A stretch of DNA of 64,000 nucleotides from Ignavibacteriota bacterium (GTDB lineage Bacteria > Bacteroidota > Ignavibacteria > UBA10030 > UBA6906): positions 672,001 to 736,000 of the forward strand of contig CAWDEM010000008.1 in NCBI GenBank assembly GCA_963801355.1. The letters are read 5' to 3'. The position numbers were made by a program, and so were the translations under genes. The stretch's first letter is position 1. Each line of letters begins with the position of its first letter. Below, one piece after another: positions 11,501 to 19,814 of this stretch. Under the pieces are notes generated by a model. It had not been told where the DNA came from. It worked only from the letters and a program-made list of their open reading frames with translations, and ran no database searches.

Positions 11501-11987
11501 AGGCCTCCCTGTCGTTGCCGTTCGCGAGATGGGCGGAGACAACGCCGCCGGCACAGGCAGAAGTTGCCAGGAGTCCCTCGCGGTACTGGCGTAGCAGTTC
11601 GGCGTCAATGCGAGGCTTGTAGTAAAACCCTTCAAGGTGAGCGAGCGTGCACAGCTTGATGAGGTTCTTATACCCCACTTCGTTCTTGGCGAGCAGAACC
11701 AGGTGATGATACGCCGCGCGTTTTCCTCCCGATTCTGTTTGTTGCGTGCTCCGGTCCTGACGGTTCCCCTTTGTCAGGATGTATGCCTCCATCCCGATGA
11801 TCGGCTTGATGCCTGCCTTCTGGGCCTTCTTGTAGAATTCGATGGCGCCAAAGAGCACCCCGTGGTCGGTAAGGGCAATCGCCGGCATCTTCTCTGCGAC
11901 GGCGGCAGCAATCAGATCATCGATGCGGCAGGCCGCGTCGAGGAGGCTGTAATGTGAATGGTTGTGCAGATGAACGAACTGATTCAT
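8508..11987 (-). CDS. dnaE: DNA polymerase III alpha subunit
   Basis: PHP HLHNHSHYSLLD, GPGRGSAAGS, PDIDVDF, KMDFLGL, YGFNKSHS, C-terminal OB fold. Confidence 0.98.
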   Translation of the reverse strand: MNQFVHLHNHSHYSLLDAACRIDDLIAAAVAEKMPAIALTDHGVLFGAIEFYKKAQKAGIKPIIGMEAYILTKGNRQDRSTQQTESGGKRAAYHHLVLLAKNEVGYKNLIKLCTLAHLEGFYYKPRIDAELLRQYREGLLATSACAGGVVSAHLANGNDREAYEAAEIYKDIFGEDFYIEIQDHGIDREAVVRRKAPKLAKELGLKLVCTNDIHYISHDHAIAHNILLLIPDSTAGTTQDYAKLRYQTDQAYFKSTKEMTDLFRDFPEAISSTLEIAEKCNLELSLKGNKMPQFPIPADSGAETLDDFFEQLARKGFSERYAQQTPEMLQRLEHEIDVIKKMGYAGYFLIVQDFIRAAREMGVAVGPGRGSAAGSIVSYSLRITNVDPLKYDLLFERFLNPDRISMPDIDVDFADDKREKVIQYVRDKYGADSVSQIITFGTLSARAVLKDVGRVLGIPLSTIESITKQIPVEQGKVRPLKDALETIPDLKWVKESADEKIRILVSASLALEGLNRNAGMHAAGVVIAPGSISDYVPLYKTPTTEVMTQYNMKDLEKAGLLKMDFLGLRTLSVMENALRMIRENHNVAIDLDAIPEDDQNTFALFSRGDTVAVFQFESTGMRDWLRKLKPTCISDLVAMNALYRPGPMEMIGDFISRKHGLQAIKYAHPTLEPILKETYGVIVYQEQVMKIASGVAGFSLAKADLMRRAMGKKDKDLMANMKKEFVEGAVSRGMDKRPAEEIFDLIEKFASYGFNKSHSVAYSVIAYQTAYLKAHYPAEYMASTLTSEIGNTDKIPPLIDDCRHSALRVLPPDVNESGKDFAVVNGSIRFGLVAIKNVGESAIDNVVHARRADGPFKNLFDFCLRVDLHLVNRKCLESLIQAGAFDSLPGHRALLLDNVDRAMQFGQMSQSHSATGQESLFGFGDESTTHVSYPPLGDAAPWNESEKLAKEKSVVGLYVSGHPLLKYEDEIKQFATVHLGEVGELKANATVRACGIVTSVRRKPDRRNNMMAFVAIEDFTGKCECIVFSDPYTKYQHLLIPDAIVMVVGKGELNGDQLRVLVNEVYPISKVKEKFTRSVILSINVDGVREQAIHDLRVLLEQHPGNCPCYISLEGKQQRPSMFHSPRYRVDPTEQFQEGAKLLLGDHSVRFIGDLSTRS

Positions 11988-12064
11988 GAGGTTTTCCGAT
12001 AAGACAAACGGCGCCGCGCGGACGCCCGGGATTTCGAGTTCAGATCACTGGATACACCAGGGGC

Positions 12065-12093
12065 AACTTAGGAGCAACGGTCCGTGAAGTCAA
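12065..12093 (-). promoter_or_regulatory. Putative sigma70 promoter for dnaE-trxA
   Basis: TTGACT-N17-TAAGTT on the minus strand. Confidence 0.55.
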
Positions 12094-12195
12094 GTAGTAC
12101 CGCTGACAACTTTTACACATTCTTTGCAGAGAAGAAGGTGGACAACGGACAGAGTACCTCGAATCATCCGACGATGAAGCGGCCAAACCCCAGAG

Positions 12196-13617
12196 TCACA
12201 TAGGATTCACGACAAGCAGCTTAAGTTCGGTCATCTCCTCCATCGCGTACCTCACGCCTTCCCTCCCAAACCCTGAGTCCTTCACTCCGCCATACGGCAT
12301 GTGATCGATTCTGTACGTGGGGACGTCATTCAGGACCACTGCACCCACCTCAAGCCGATCATACGCCAGCAATGCTTTTTGCAGACTACCCGTGAAGAGT
12401 CCGGCCTGCAGTCCGTACACCGAAGCATTTACGCGCTCCAGCGCTTCCTCGAACCGGTCGTACGGCTCGATCGTCATAACGGGTGCGAAAGCCTCGAGGC
12501 AACTCACTTTCATTTCCGGAGAAACGTTCTCGAGTATAGTCGGGTTGAGGATTGAACCTTCCCGGCCACCACCGCAGGCAATGTGAGCACCGGTCGACAC
12601 TGCCTCACGGATCCACTCCTCGATTTTCGAAGCCGCCGCTTCCGTGATCATCGGCCCTACCAGTGTGCGCTCATCGAAAGGATCTCCGACCGGAAGTGCA
12701 GAAGCAAGCGCAATCAACTGCTCCCGGGCGTGCTCCCATATTGTCCTGTGCAGGTAAACGCGTTGAACGGAGATGCACGACTGCCCCGCATTGGCGAATG
12801 CGCCGTTGACAATCTTGCGCACAGCCGGTTCCAGGTCCGCATCGGGCTCCACGATCACACCCGCATTCCCACCCAACTCGAGTGTAACACGCTTCTTGCC
12901 GGCTTTCCCTTTAAGGCTCCAGCCGACATCAGGACTTCCCGTGAAGGTGATGAGCTTAATTCTTTCATCTGTAACGAGTTGACTGCTATCATCTCCAGAA
13001 CAAGGGACAACGTTGAACGCACCTCTGGTCAGCCTTGTCTGCTCTATGACTTGAGCCAGCATGAGCGACACTTGTGGAGAGTTGGAAGAAGGTTTCAGGA
13101 CGATAGAATTCCCTGCCGCGATTGCAGGGGCCACCTTATGCGCCACCAGATTCAGAGGGAAGTTGAACGGAGTTATCGCCCCGATCGGCCCGAGTGGGAA
13201 GCGGCGGGCGAGACCGAATCTGCCGGCAGACTGTGCGTTCAGGTCCAGCGGGAGCACGTCGCCCTCTATCCGGCGTGCCTCATCGGCTGCTATCGAAAAG
13301 GTGAATATGCTCCGGTCTACTTCGGCGCGGGCCAGGGAAATCGGTTTGCCGGTCTCCAAAGTAATCATCCGGGCAAATTCCTCCCGCCGGTCCTGAATTC
13401 CTGCCTCAATCGCTCTGAGAATCGTATGCCGCTCCAGGGAACTGGTGCGCCTCGTGGCCGAGAAAGCGGCTGCTGCGGACCCTATTGCGTGGTCAATGTC
13501 CTTCGGAGTAGCCTGGCACACTTCACCCGCGGGACGGTCATTGTACGGGTTCCTGACGATCCGTACTCTGGCTGATTCCCTCCATTCACCCGCAGTATAA
13601 AAGGGCCATGGCGGCAT
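12196..13617 (-). CDS. Aldehyde dehydrogenase family protein
   Basis: ITPFNFP, FTGS, LELGG, GQSCIS, PYGGVKDSG. Confidence 0.95.
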   Translation of the reverse strand: MPPWPFYTAGEWRESARVRIVRNPYNDRPAGEVCQATPKDIDHAIGSAAAAFSATRRTSSLERHTILRAIEAGIQDRREEFARMITLETGKPISLARAEVDRSIFTFSIAADEARRIEGDVLPLDLNAQSAGRFGLARRFPLGPIGAITPFNFPLNLVAHKVAPAIAAGNSIVLKPSSNSPQVSLMLAQVIEQTRLTRGAFNVVPCSGDDSSQLVTDERIKLITFTGSPDVGWSLKGKAGKKRVTLELGGNAGVIVEPDADLEPAVRKIVNGAFANAGQSCISVQRVYLHRTIWEHAREQLIALASALPVGDPFDERTLVGPMITEAAASKIEEWIREAVSTGAHIACGGGREGSILNPTILENVSPEMKVSCLEAFAPVMTIEPYDRFEEALERVNASVYGLQAGLFTGSLQKALLAYDRLEVGAVVLNDVPTYRIDHMPYGGVKDSGFGREGVRYAMEEMTELKLLVVNPM

Positions 13618-13628
13618 GCGTCATCTCA

Positions 13629-15344
13629 TCAATTGTCTATCATCGATCGTCCATAGTCAATCAGTCTTTCTCTCTCCACAAAGACTCTCTCCCCTGTTTT
13701 CCGCACTTTGATTTCCACCTTCCCCTGCGAGAGGTTTTTTTCACCCACGATCACCTGATAGGGCATGCCGAGCAGGTCGGCATCCTTGAATTTGAACCCG
13801 GGGCTCACGTCGGTTCGATCGTCGAAAAGCACCTCAAAACCTGCGGCGGTCATTTCCTGGTAGAGAGATTCCGAAGCATCCAGCACCTGTTTGCTCTTGG
13901 TCCCCACGGAGATCAAATGGAACATGAACGGTGCAAGGGATTTGTCCCAGACGATGCCGTTCTTATCATGATTTTGTTCGATATGGCATGCTACGATGCG
14001 ATCCACGCCGATGCCGTAGCTTCCCATGATGATGGGCTGTTCCTTGCCGTTCTCGTCGAGAAACTTGGCGCCGAGGGCGTCTGCGTATTTCGTCCCCAGC
14101 TTGAAGATGTGTCCCAGCTCCACTCCTTTCACCACGCGGAGCGGACCGTTTCCGTCAGGGCTTTCTTCGCCCTCTTGGATCGTGCGGAGGTCGTAGTACC
14201 CGTCGATGGTACAGTCGCGCTCCAGGTCAATGTTCATCAGGTGATAGTCGTTCTTGTTCGCGCCGCTTGTCAAGTTGTTTGCTCTCTTCAGGCGGCTGTC
14301 GGCGATGATCTTGAAATGCTTGCTGGCTGGTGTGCGCTCGCGCAGCCCGACCGGGCCGATGGACCCACCCTCAGCGCCCGTGAGTTCCAGAAGCTTCTCC
14401 GCCTCAATGGGTCGCACTTCCTTCCCCATCGCCGTCATCAGTTTTGCTTCGTTCAGCTCATCGTTGCCGAGCATCAGGACAAGCACCGGTGTTTCATCTG
14501 CCCAGTAGACGACGGATTTTGCGAGACGGCTCTGGTCGACGCGGAGAAAGTCCGCAACCTGGTCGATGGTCTTGATACCCGGTGTGTGTACTTCCTTCAA
14601 CGGTTTGCTCTCCGGATCTCTCGGCGCGTCGGGGACGCGTGACGTCGCGATTTCAACGTTTGCTGCATACCGGTTGTCTGCGGACACGGCGATCACATCT
14701 TCTCCGGCGTCGGATTCCATCATGAATTCCTGCGAGCCTGTTCCGCCCATCGCGCCGCTGGATGCACCGACGATGAAGAAATTCAGACCGCACCGTGAGA
14801 AGATGTTCTTGTACGCCTGCGCGTGCAGGTCATAGCTGACATCCAGGCCCTGCCATGAAGAATCCAGACTGTAGCTGTCTTTCATAAGAAACTGGCGTCC
14901 GCGTAGCACACCGGAGCGGGGTCGGGGCTCATTCCGGAATTTCGTCTGGATCTGGTACCACATCTGCGGCATTTGCTTGTACGAGGAGATGTGGTTCTTC
15001 GCGAGCCAGCAGATCACTTCCTCATGGGTCGGCGCGAGAACAAGCGGACGGTTCTTCACATGAAAGAGAATGTCGCCAAATGCCTTCACGCGACCTGTCT
15101 CCTCCCACAACTCGATCGGGCTCAACGCAGGCAGGTGCAGTTCTTGTGCCCCGATGGCATCCATTTCCTGCCTGATGATCTCCATCGCTTTCTTCAAAGC
15201 ACGGTAGCCCAGGGGAAGGAACGCATAGATGCCCGCTGCGAGGGCCCGGACCATCCCGGCCCGGATCATCAGTTGATGGCTCGGTATTACGGCTTCTGTG
15301 GGTGTCTCTTTGACCGTGGGGATAAAGCCGGAGCTGAGGCGCAT
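13629..15344 (-). CDS. proS: Proline--tRNA ligase (with INS editing domain)
   Basis: LAPTHEE, FRNEPRPRSG, GSIGP editing domain, GHIFKLGTKY, MGSYGIG, anticodon-binding domain. Confidence 0.97.
   Translation of the reverse strand: MRLSSGFIPTVKETPTEAVIPSHQLMIRAGMVRALAAGIYAFLPLGYRALKKAMEIIRQEMDAIGAQELHLPALSPIELWEETGRVKAFGDILFHVKNRPLVLAPTHEEVICWLAKNHISSYKQMPQMWYQIQTKFRNEPRPRSGVLRGRQFLMKDSYSLDSSWQGLDVSYDLHAQAYKNIFSRCGLNFFIVGASSGAMGGTGSQEFMMESDAGEDVIAVSADNRYAANVEIATSRVPDAPRDPESKPLKEVHTPGIKTIDQVADFLRVDQSRLAKSVVYWADETPVLVLMLGNDELNEAKLMTAMGKEVRPIEAEKLLELTGAEGGSIGPVGLRERTPASKHFKIIADSRLKRANNLTSGANKNDYHLMNIDLERDCTIDGYYDLRTIQEGEESPDGNGPLRVVKGVELGHIFKLGTKYADALGAKFLDENGKEQPIIMGSYGIGVDRIVACHIEQNHDKNGIVWDKSLAPFMFHLISVGTKSKQVLDASESLYQEMTAAGFEVLFDDRTDVSPGFKFKDADLLGMPYQVIVGEKNLSQGKVEIKVRKTGERVFVERERLIDYGRSMIDN
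13630..13664. repeat. Five degenerate heptamers encoding the ProS C-terminal tail
   Basis: caattgt ctatcat cgatcgt ccatagt caatcag. Confidence 0.65.
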
Positions 15345-15374
15345 ACCTGTTCTGTGGTAGTGGACGTATCGTAT

Positions 15375-15403
15375 AAGATACGCAAATGCAGCGGGCGAAT
15401 CAA
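15375..15403 (-). promoter_or_regulatory. Putative sigma70 promoter for proS
   Basis: TTGATT-N17-TATCTT on the minus strand. Confidence 0.55.
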
Positions 15404-15417
15404 GAAACGGCGGAGCG

Positions 15418-16278
15418 TTACTTCACATGCTTCAAGAAGGTTCCGTTGCGATATTCGCGGAAGGCCGTATTCAGTTCTTCGTCCGTGTTCATGACGATCG
15501 GACCCTGCCATGCGACAGGTTCACCGAGAGGCTTGCCGGCGATCAACAGAAGTCTTGCTCCCTTCGCGGAGGTCGTGGCCGTGATTTCGTCGCCGTCCTT
15601 GAAGTGCACGAGGCGTGGACTCCCGATGAATTCGTCCGCGCCCGGACCGAAGGAGGCCTCACCCTCGTACAGATACGCAAACGCCGTGTGTCCTTTTGTC
15701 ACCGGGACCGTGACTGCACCCATGGGTGCGATGTGAACATCGAGGTAGAGAGGTTCGATCACGATTTCTTTGACGGGGCCATCTGTTCCCTGGAATCTAC
15801 CCGCAACGATCTTCACCGTCGCGCCGGACCCGTTGGAAACTTCGGGGATGCTGTCTGCAACCACTTCCTGATATCTGGGATGCATCATTTTCTGGCGTGC
15901 GGGAAGGTTTGCCCAGAGCTGAAAGCCGCTCATATGCCCATCACTTCCGCCTTGCGGCATCTCCTGATGAATAATCCCGCTGCCGGCGGTCATCCACTGG
16001 ACATCTCCTGTGCCGATCACCCCTTTGTTACCCATGCTGTCCTGATGTTCGACGGTTCCCTCAAGGACATAGGTAATGGTTTCCATTCCTCTATGCGGGT
16101 GCCAGGGGAAACCTGCAAGGTAGTCGGCAGGGTTCGAAGACCCGAAATGGTCCAGGAGCAGGAACGGATCGTACTTCGTGGGCTCCCCGAACCCGATAAC
16201 GCGCTGTAGATGGACTCCTGCACCTTCGATCGTGGACCTGGTTCGCGATATGGCGGCAATGGAACGATTCTGGGGCAT
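15418..16278 (-). CDS. Pirin family protein
   Basis: DPFLLLDHF, WHPHRGMET, WMTAGSGIIHQE, GPIVMNT. ATG 16278 follows an AGGAG RBS. Confidence 0.95.
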   Translation of the reverse strand: MPQNRSIAAISRTRSTIEGAGVHLQRVIGFGEPTKYDPFLLLDHFGSSNPADYLAGFPWHPHRGMETITYVLEGTVEHQDSMGNKGVIGTGDVQWMTAGSGIIHQEMPQGGSDGHMSGFQLWANLPARQKMMHPRYQEVVADSIPEVSNGSGATVKIVAGRFQGTDGPVKEIVIEPLYLDVHIAPMGAVTVPVTKGHTAFAYLYEGEASFGPGADEFIGSPRLVHFKDGDEITATTSAKGARLLLIAGKPLGEPVAWQGPIVMNTDEELNTAFREYRNGTFLKHVK

Positions 16279-16422
16279 GGTAGTTCTCCTATGGTTGACG
16301 CTGGCATCAGGATCGGGTAACTTTCCTGCGACATGTAGGATTGCTTTCAAAATTATCGCATCATCCCGCGAATGTCAACTCCCGGTTCTTGTGATTTAAC
16401 ATTGAATTGTGCATGATAGTTC

Positions 16423-17892
16423 ATGCAAAACTCTAAGCTCTTCCCTGCCATCGGGTTGGTGTTGATTTCAGTCCTTGTCCTGGCATTTGCCGTTGAGCGG
16501 GCGCACGCCGCACCTCATCCCGCTCAGGCCCGATTGTTCGATATTGTGATCCAGAACGGCAGGGTCATGGACCCCGACCGGCGTTTGGATAGCGTACTCA
16601 ACGTCGGAATTCTCGGCGGGGCCATACGGGCGGTGACGGCTGATCCGTTGCCGGCGAAGCGGACGATTGATGCCAGGGGGATGGTAATTGCCCCCGGGTT
16701 CATTGACATACTTTCGTATGATCCAGTGGAACCGGGTACGTGGACGAAGATCGCCGACGGCGTCACCACGAACCTTGCCATGCACGGTGGCGCAGTCGAG
16801 CCTGACAGCTGGTACCGCGCGGTGGCCGGGCAATCACCTCCCGTGAATTACGGTGCCTCATTCTTCTACAATGCGGCCCGCGTGCGGTTCGTCAAAGACC
16901 GCTACGCTCCTGCCCCGGAAGAAATCCGCCTGAAGATCCTTGCGATGACTGAAGCAGCGCTCCGCAAGGGCGCCCTGGGCGTCTCATTCGCCCTGGAATA
17001 TGTTCCCGGTGTCAGCGCTGAAGAGATCAAGCCTGCCATGGCTCTGGCGGCGCAGTACGGAGTCCCCGCCTTTTTTCATGCTCGTTTCTCGGACATGGAA
17101 TCGCCGGGCACGAATCTGGACGCTCTCCGGGAGATCATCGGCTATGCACGGACCACACGCGCCGCCGTACACATCGGTCATATCAACAGTACAGGTGGCA
17201 CGTTTTCCATGGGGAGCTCCATCGAATATCTGGATTCCGCTCGGGCCGGGGGCATGGATATCACCGCCTGCATGTATCCGTACACGTACTGGGCGACATA
17301 CTTGAACAGTGCGCGTTTCGATGCCGGCTGGCAGGAGCGGTTCCACATTTCGTACGGAGATCTTCAGCTAGGCGGTTCATCGGAGAGGTTAACGCGGGAG
17401 ACATTCCTGAAGAATCGCCGCCTGGGGAAATTGGCCGTGGCTTATGCAATCCCCGACGAAGACAACCGGATTGCGCTCCGGCAGCCGTACGTGATGATCG
17501 GGAGCGATGCCATTCTGGAACCGGGCTACAACAACCATCCGAGAGCCTCGGGCACATTCTCGAGAACGATTGCGGTGTACGTACGGGAGCAAAATATCAT
17601 TTCGCTCATGGACGCGATAGCGAAGATGACGATCCTGCCGGCGCGCCGCCTGGAGGGGGCGAGTGAGTCGATGAAACGCAAGGGCCGCATCCAGATCGGC
17701 GCCGATGCGGATATTGTGGTCTTTGATCCCGTCCACATCCGAGACCGCGCGACGGTGGAGCATCCGGAGACACCATCCGCGGGCATACACTATGTTCTCG
17801 TTGGAGGGAAGGTTGTGCTCGACGGAGGGGTCTTGCACAGGAACGTGAGGAATGGTTCGGCAGTCAGGGGGCCACTGAGATCTCTCAGGTAG
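16423..17892 (+). CDS. Secreted amidohydrolase, N-acyl-D-amino-acid deacylase-like
   Basis: Signal peptide; NGRVMD, APGFID, GVTT, IGSD, HPRASGTF, GADADIVVFDP. Confidence 0.85.
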   Translation: MQNSKLFPAIGLVLISVLVLAFAVERAHAAPHPAQARLFDIVIQNGRVMDPDRRLDSVLNVGILGGAIRAVTADPLPAKRTIDARGMVIAPGFIDILSYDPVEPGTWTKIADGVTTNLAMHGGAVEPDSWYRAVAGQSPPVNYGASFFYNAARVRFVKDRYAPAPEEIRLKILAMTEAALRKGALGVSFALEYVPGVSAEEIKPAMALAAQYGVPAFFHARFSDMESPGTNLDALREIIGYARTTRAAVHIGHINSTGGTFSMGSSIEYLDSARAGGMDITACMYPYTYWATYLNSARFDAGWQERFHISYGDLQLGGSSERLTRETFLKNRRLGKLAVAYAIPDEDNRIALRQPYVMIGSDAILEPGYNNHPRASGTFSRTIAVYVREQNIISLMDAIAKMTILPARRLEGASESMKRKGRIQIGADADIVVFDPVHIRDRATVEHPETPSAGIHYVLVGGKVVLDGGVLHRNVRNGSAVRGPLRSLR

Positions 17893-17910
17893 GCGAATAT
17901 CCGTCGGCAG

Positions 17911-17947
17911 CAAAAGAACGGGGGTGACCGATTGGTCACCCCCGTTC
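17911..17947 (-). terminator. Intrinsic terminator (possibly bidirectional)
   Basis: 14-bp stem gaacgggggtgacc / ggtcacccccgttc with a 4-nt loop, then TTTTG on the minus strand; lies between convergent genes. Confidence 0.8.
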
Positions 17948-17971
17948 GCATTCATCCGGGAGTTTTATTCC

Positions 17972-18526
17972 TTACAACTTGTACGACACACCGATTTTGA
18001 AGAATCCGATATCGTATCCAAGTTCAGCCGTGGCGGCAAATTTCGGACTGAAGTAGTAGCGGCCACCGACGTAAATTCCAAAGCCAAAGTAACCACCGCC
18101 GGCACTATAGGGGAATTCCCGCTCGTTCACCCCATCGAACTTTGCGCTAACGATGTGATACCCCAGCGTCAGGCCGGCGTAGAGATCGGTGTTCTTGAGG
18201 TCCTTGAGTTGATCTGCGAAGTGATATGCTCCGCGGGCTCCCACGAATATGTACGTGTAGGACCACTTGTAGTTATGAGCACCACCCCAATCATACTTGG
18301 ATGTCGAGAACGAGACTATTCCCCCGGCCGAAATATTCGGGACCACTGCATGGTCAAATGACACGAAAATCGGAGGCATGCCCGCAGTTCCATATGCACC
18401 GGGATATCCGAGCCCCAGTCCGGCGGTGAGCACGCTTTCCCCTTTCTTCGACTGCGCTTCAGCATTCGAGAAGAGGATGGCAGAGACGACAAGCAGCACG
18501 GTGAGGACTGCCAGAATATGTTTCAT
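17972..18526 (-). CDS. Small outer-membrane beta-barrel protein
   Basis: Signal peptide MKHILAVL...AEA; alternating aromatic strands; C-terminal IGVSYKL. Confidence 0.8.
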   Translation of the reverse strand: MKHILAVLTVLLVVSAILFSNAEAQSKKGESVLTAGLGLGYPGAYGTAGMPPIFVSFDHAVVPNISAGGIVSFSTSKYDWGGAHNYKWSYTYIFVGARGAYHFADQLKDLKNTDLYAGLTLGYHIVSAKFDGVNEREFPYSAGGGYFGFGIYVGGRYYFSPKFAATAELGYDIGFFKIGVSYKL

Positions 18527-18614
18527 CTGTTGTACTCCAGTGATTGTGGGTAAGTTGAGTCCTGAGCCAGCCTCATTGAACAATTGTATAAAATGTACCT
18601 CAATCCCGGGTAAT

Positions 18615-19814
18615 TCACAAACGGCGGGGTCTCGTCCAGATCGTTCCAAGAATCCCGGGTTTCTTGCGGCCCGGATCCGGCGGGTGCATCCTCTGCACGG
18701 TACCGGCCGGCACATCGGGTTGATAGTACACTGTCAGTATGCGCAAGGAATCGAGTTCCACAGATGCGGGGTAGCCAAGATCACCATTGGGAGCGTCGTC
18801 ACGCAGAACAACCTCGTTGCGGGGGTCCCACGTGACCCCGTCATGGCTAATGCAGGCACGCTGGCCGTAGGGCTTCCGGCGATAGCCATACGAACAGAGC
18901 ACGCCGCCGTCGGAAAGCAAAAGGAGATGCGGAGGGAAGCCCCAGAGACCCGTGGCAAACGGGGGGGCCCAGGTCCTCCCGTTGTCGTCGGAATAGGACT
19001 CCCAGAGCACGCAACGAGGATCCGTGTCGTCGTATGGCACTGCGGTTGCACGGATCATCATGACAATCCGCCCCGAGTGGAGCTGTACCACATGGGGTTC
19101 TCCAAGCCGAACACCGCCGTAGGCGGTTCCCCCGATAGTCGCAAGAAGTGTGCATGTGCTTTCCGGGTGAACCGAACGGTAGACGCCTATACTTCCTTTT
19201 TCTTCTCGGTAGGAAGCGATGAGCACGGATCCATCGTGCAATTGAATGCCTCCATGCACTGCATCCTTGCCCGGCCGGGGTGCCGACCATGATTTTCCGT
19301 TGTCGTGCGATGTGGCATGCCACGCACCCTGATGCCGGCACTCCGAAACGTAGCTCGCTCCGCTCACATGCGTGGACCACCGTTCGAGGACCGGTTTCTC
19401 GTATGATGCCGGGGGGAGTGCGGCATATGATGCGCGGGTATGACACGTGGACCAGAGATGCGCCAGGATCGTGCCGTCACCAAGTAGAGTGAGCCCCGAC
19501 TCCCGGTCATCGATTGCCGTATCATAGACGGTGTCAGGAGGTTGCCATGTGATGCCGTTGTCGGTCGATCGGACGGAGAGAATTGCGCCGTCCGGCCCGA
19601 GATGTTCCTCTGTTCGTGAGAACAGTACAAGGAGGTCGCCGTTGCCCGCACGGACGAGCGACGGCCAGGCACAATAGAGGCTCTCCGGACCATACAGCAG
19701 GATGTGTTGAGATCTCACTCCTTCATTCCGGGCATCTGTGTCGTTCGGTGTCCAGCCCGTGGCGAACAGGCCGAGCAGCAGAGCGCCGGCGACGCGGATG
19801 CTGGATTCAGGCAT
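18615..19814 (-). CDS. BNR/Asp-box repeat sialidase-like beta-propeller glycosidase
   Basis: Asp boxes STDNGITW, SHDNGKSW, SDDNGRTW, SHDGVTW; DLGYP. Signal peptide from ATG 19814. Confidence 0.82.
   Translation of the reverse strand: MPESSIRVAGALLLGLFATGWTPNDTDARNEGVRSQHILLYGPESLYCAWPSLVRAGNGDLLVLFSRTEEHLGPDGAILSVRSTDNGITWQPPDTVYDTAIDDRESGLTLLGDGTILAHLWSTCHTRASYAALPPASYEKPVLERWSTHVSGASYVSECRHQGAWHATSHDNGKSWSAPRPGKDAVHGGIQLHDGSVLIASYREEKGSIGVYRSVHPESTCTLLATIGGTAYGGVRLGEPHVVQLHSGRIVMMIRATAVPYDDTDPRCVLWESYSDDNGRTWAPPFATGLWGFPPHLLLLSDGGVLCSYGYRRKPYGQRACISHDGVTWDPRNEVVLRDDAPNGDLGYPASVELDSLRILTVYYQPDVPAGTVQRMHPPDPGRKKPGILGTIWTRPRRL

Noticed and set aside
8508-11987. Possible intein in DnaE
   Set aside because: The length is normal (1159 aa) and no splicing or LAGLIDADG motifs are visible.
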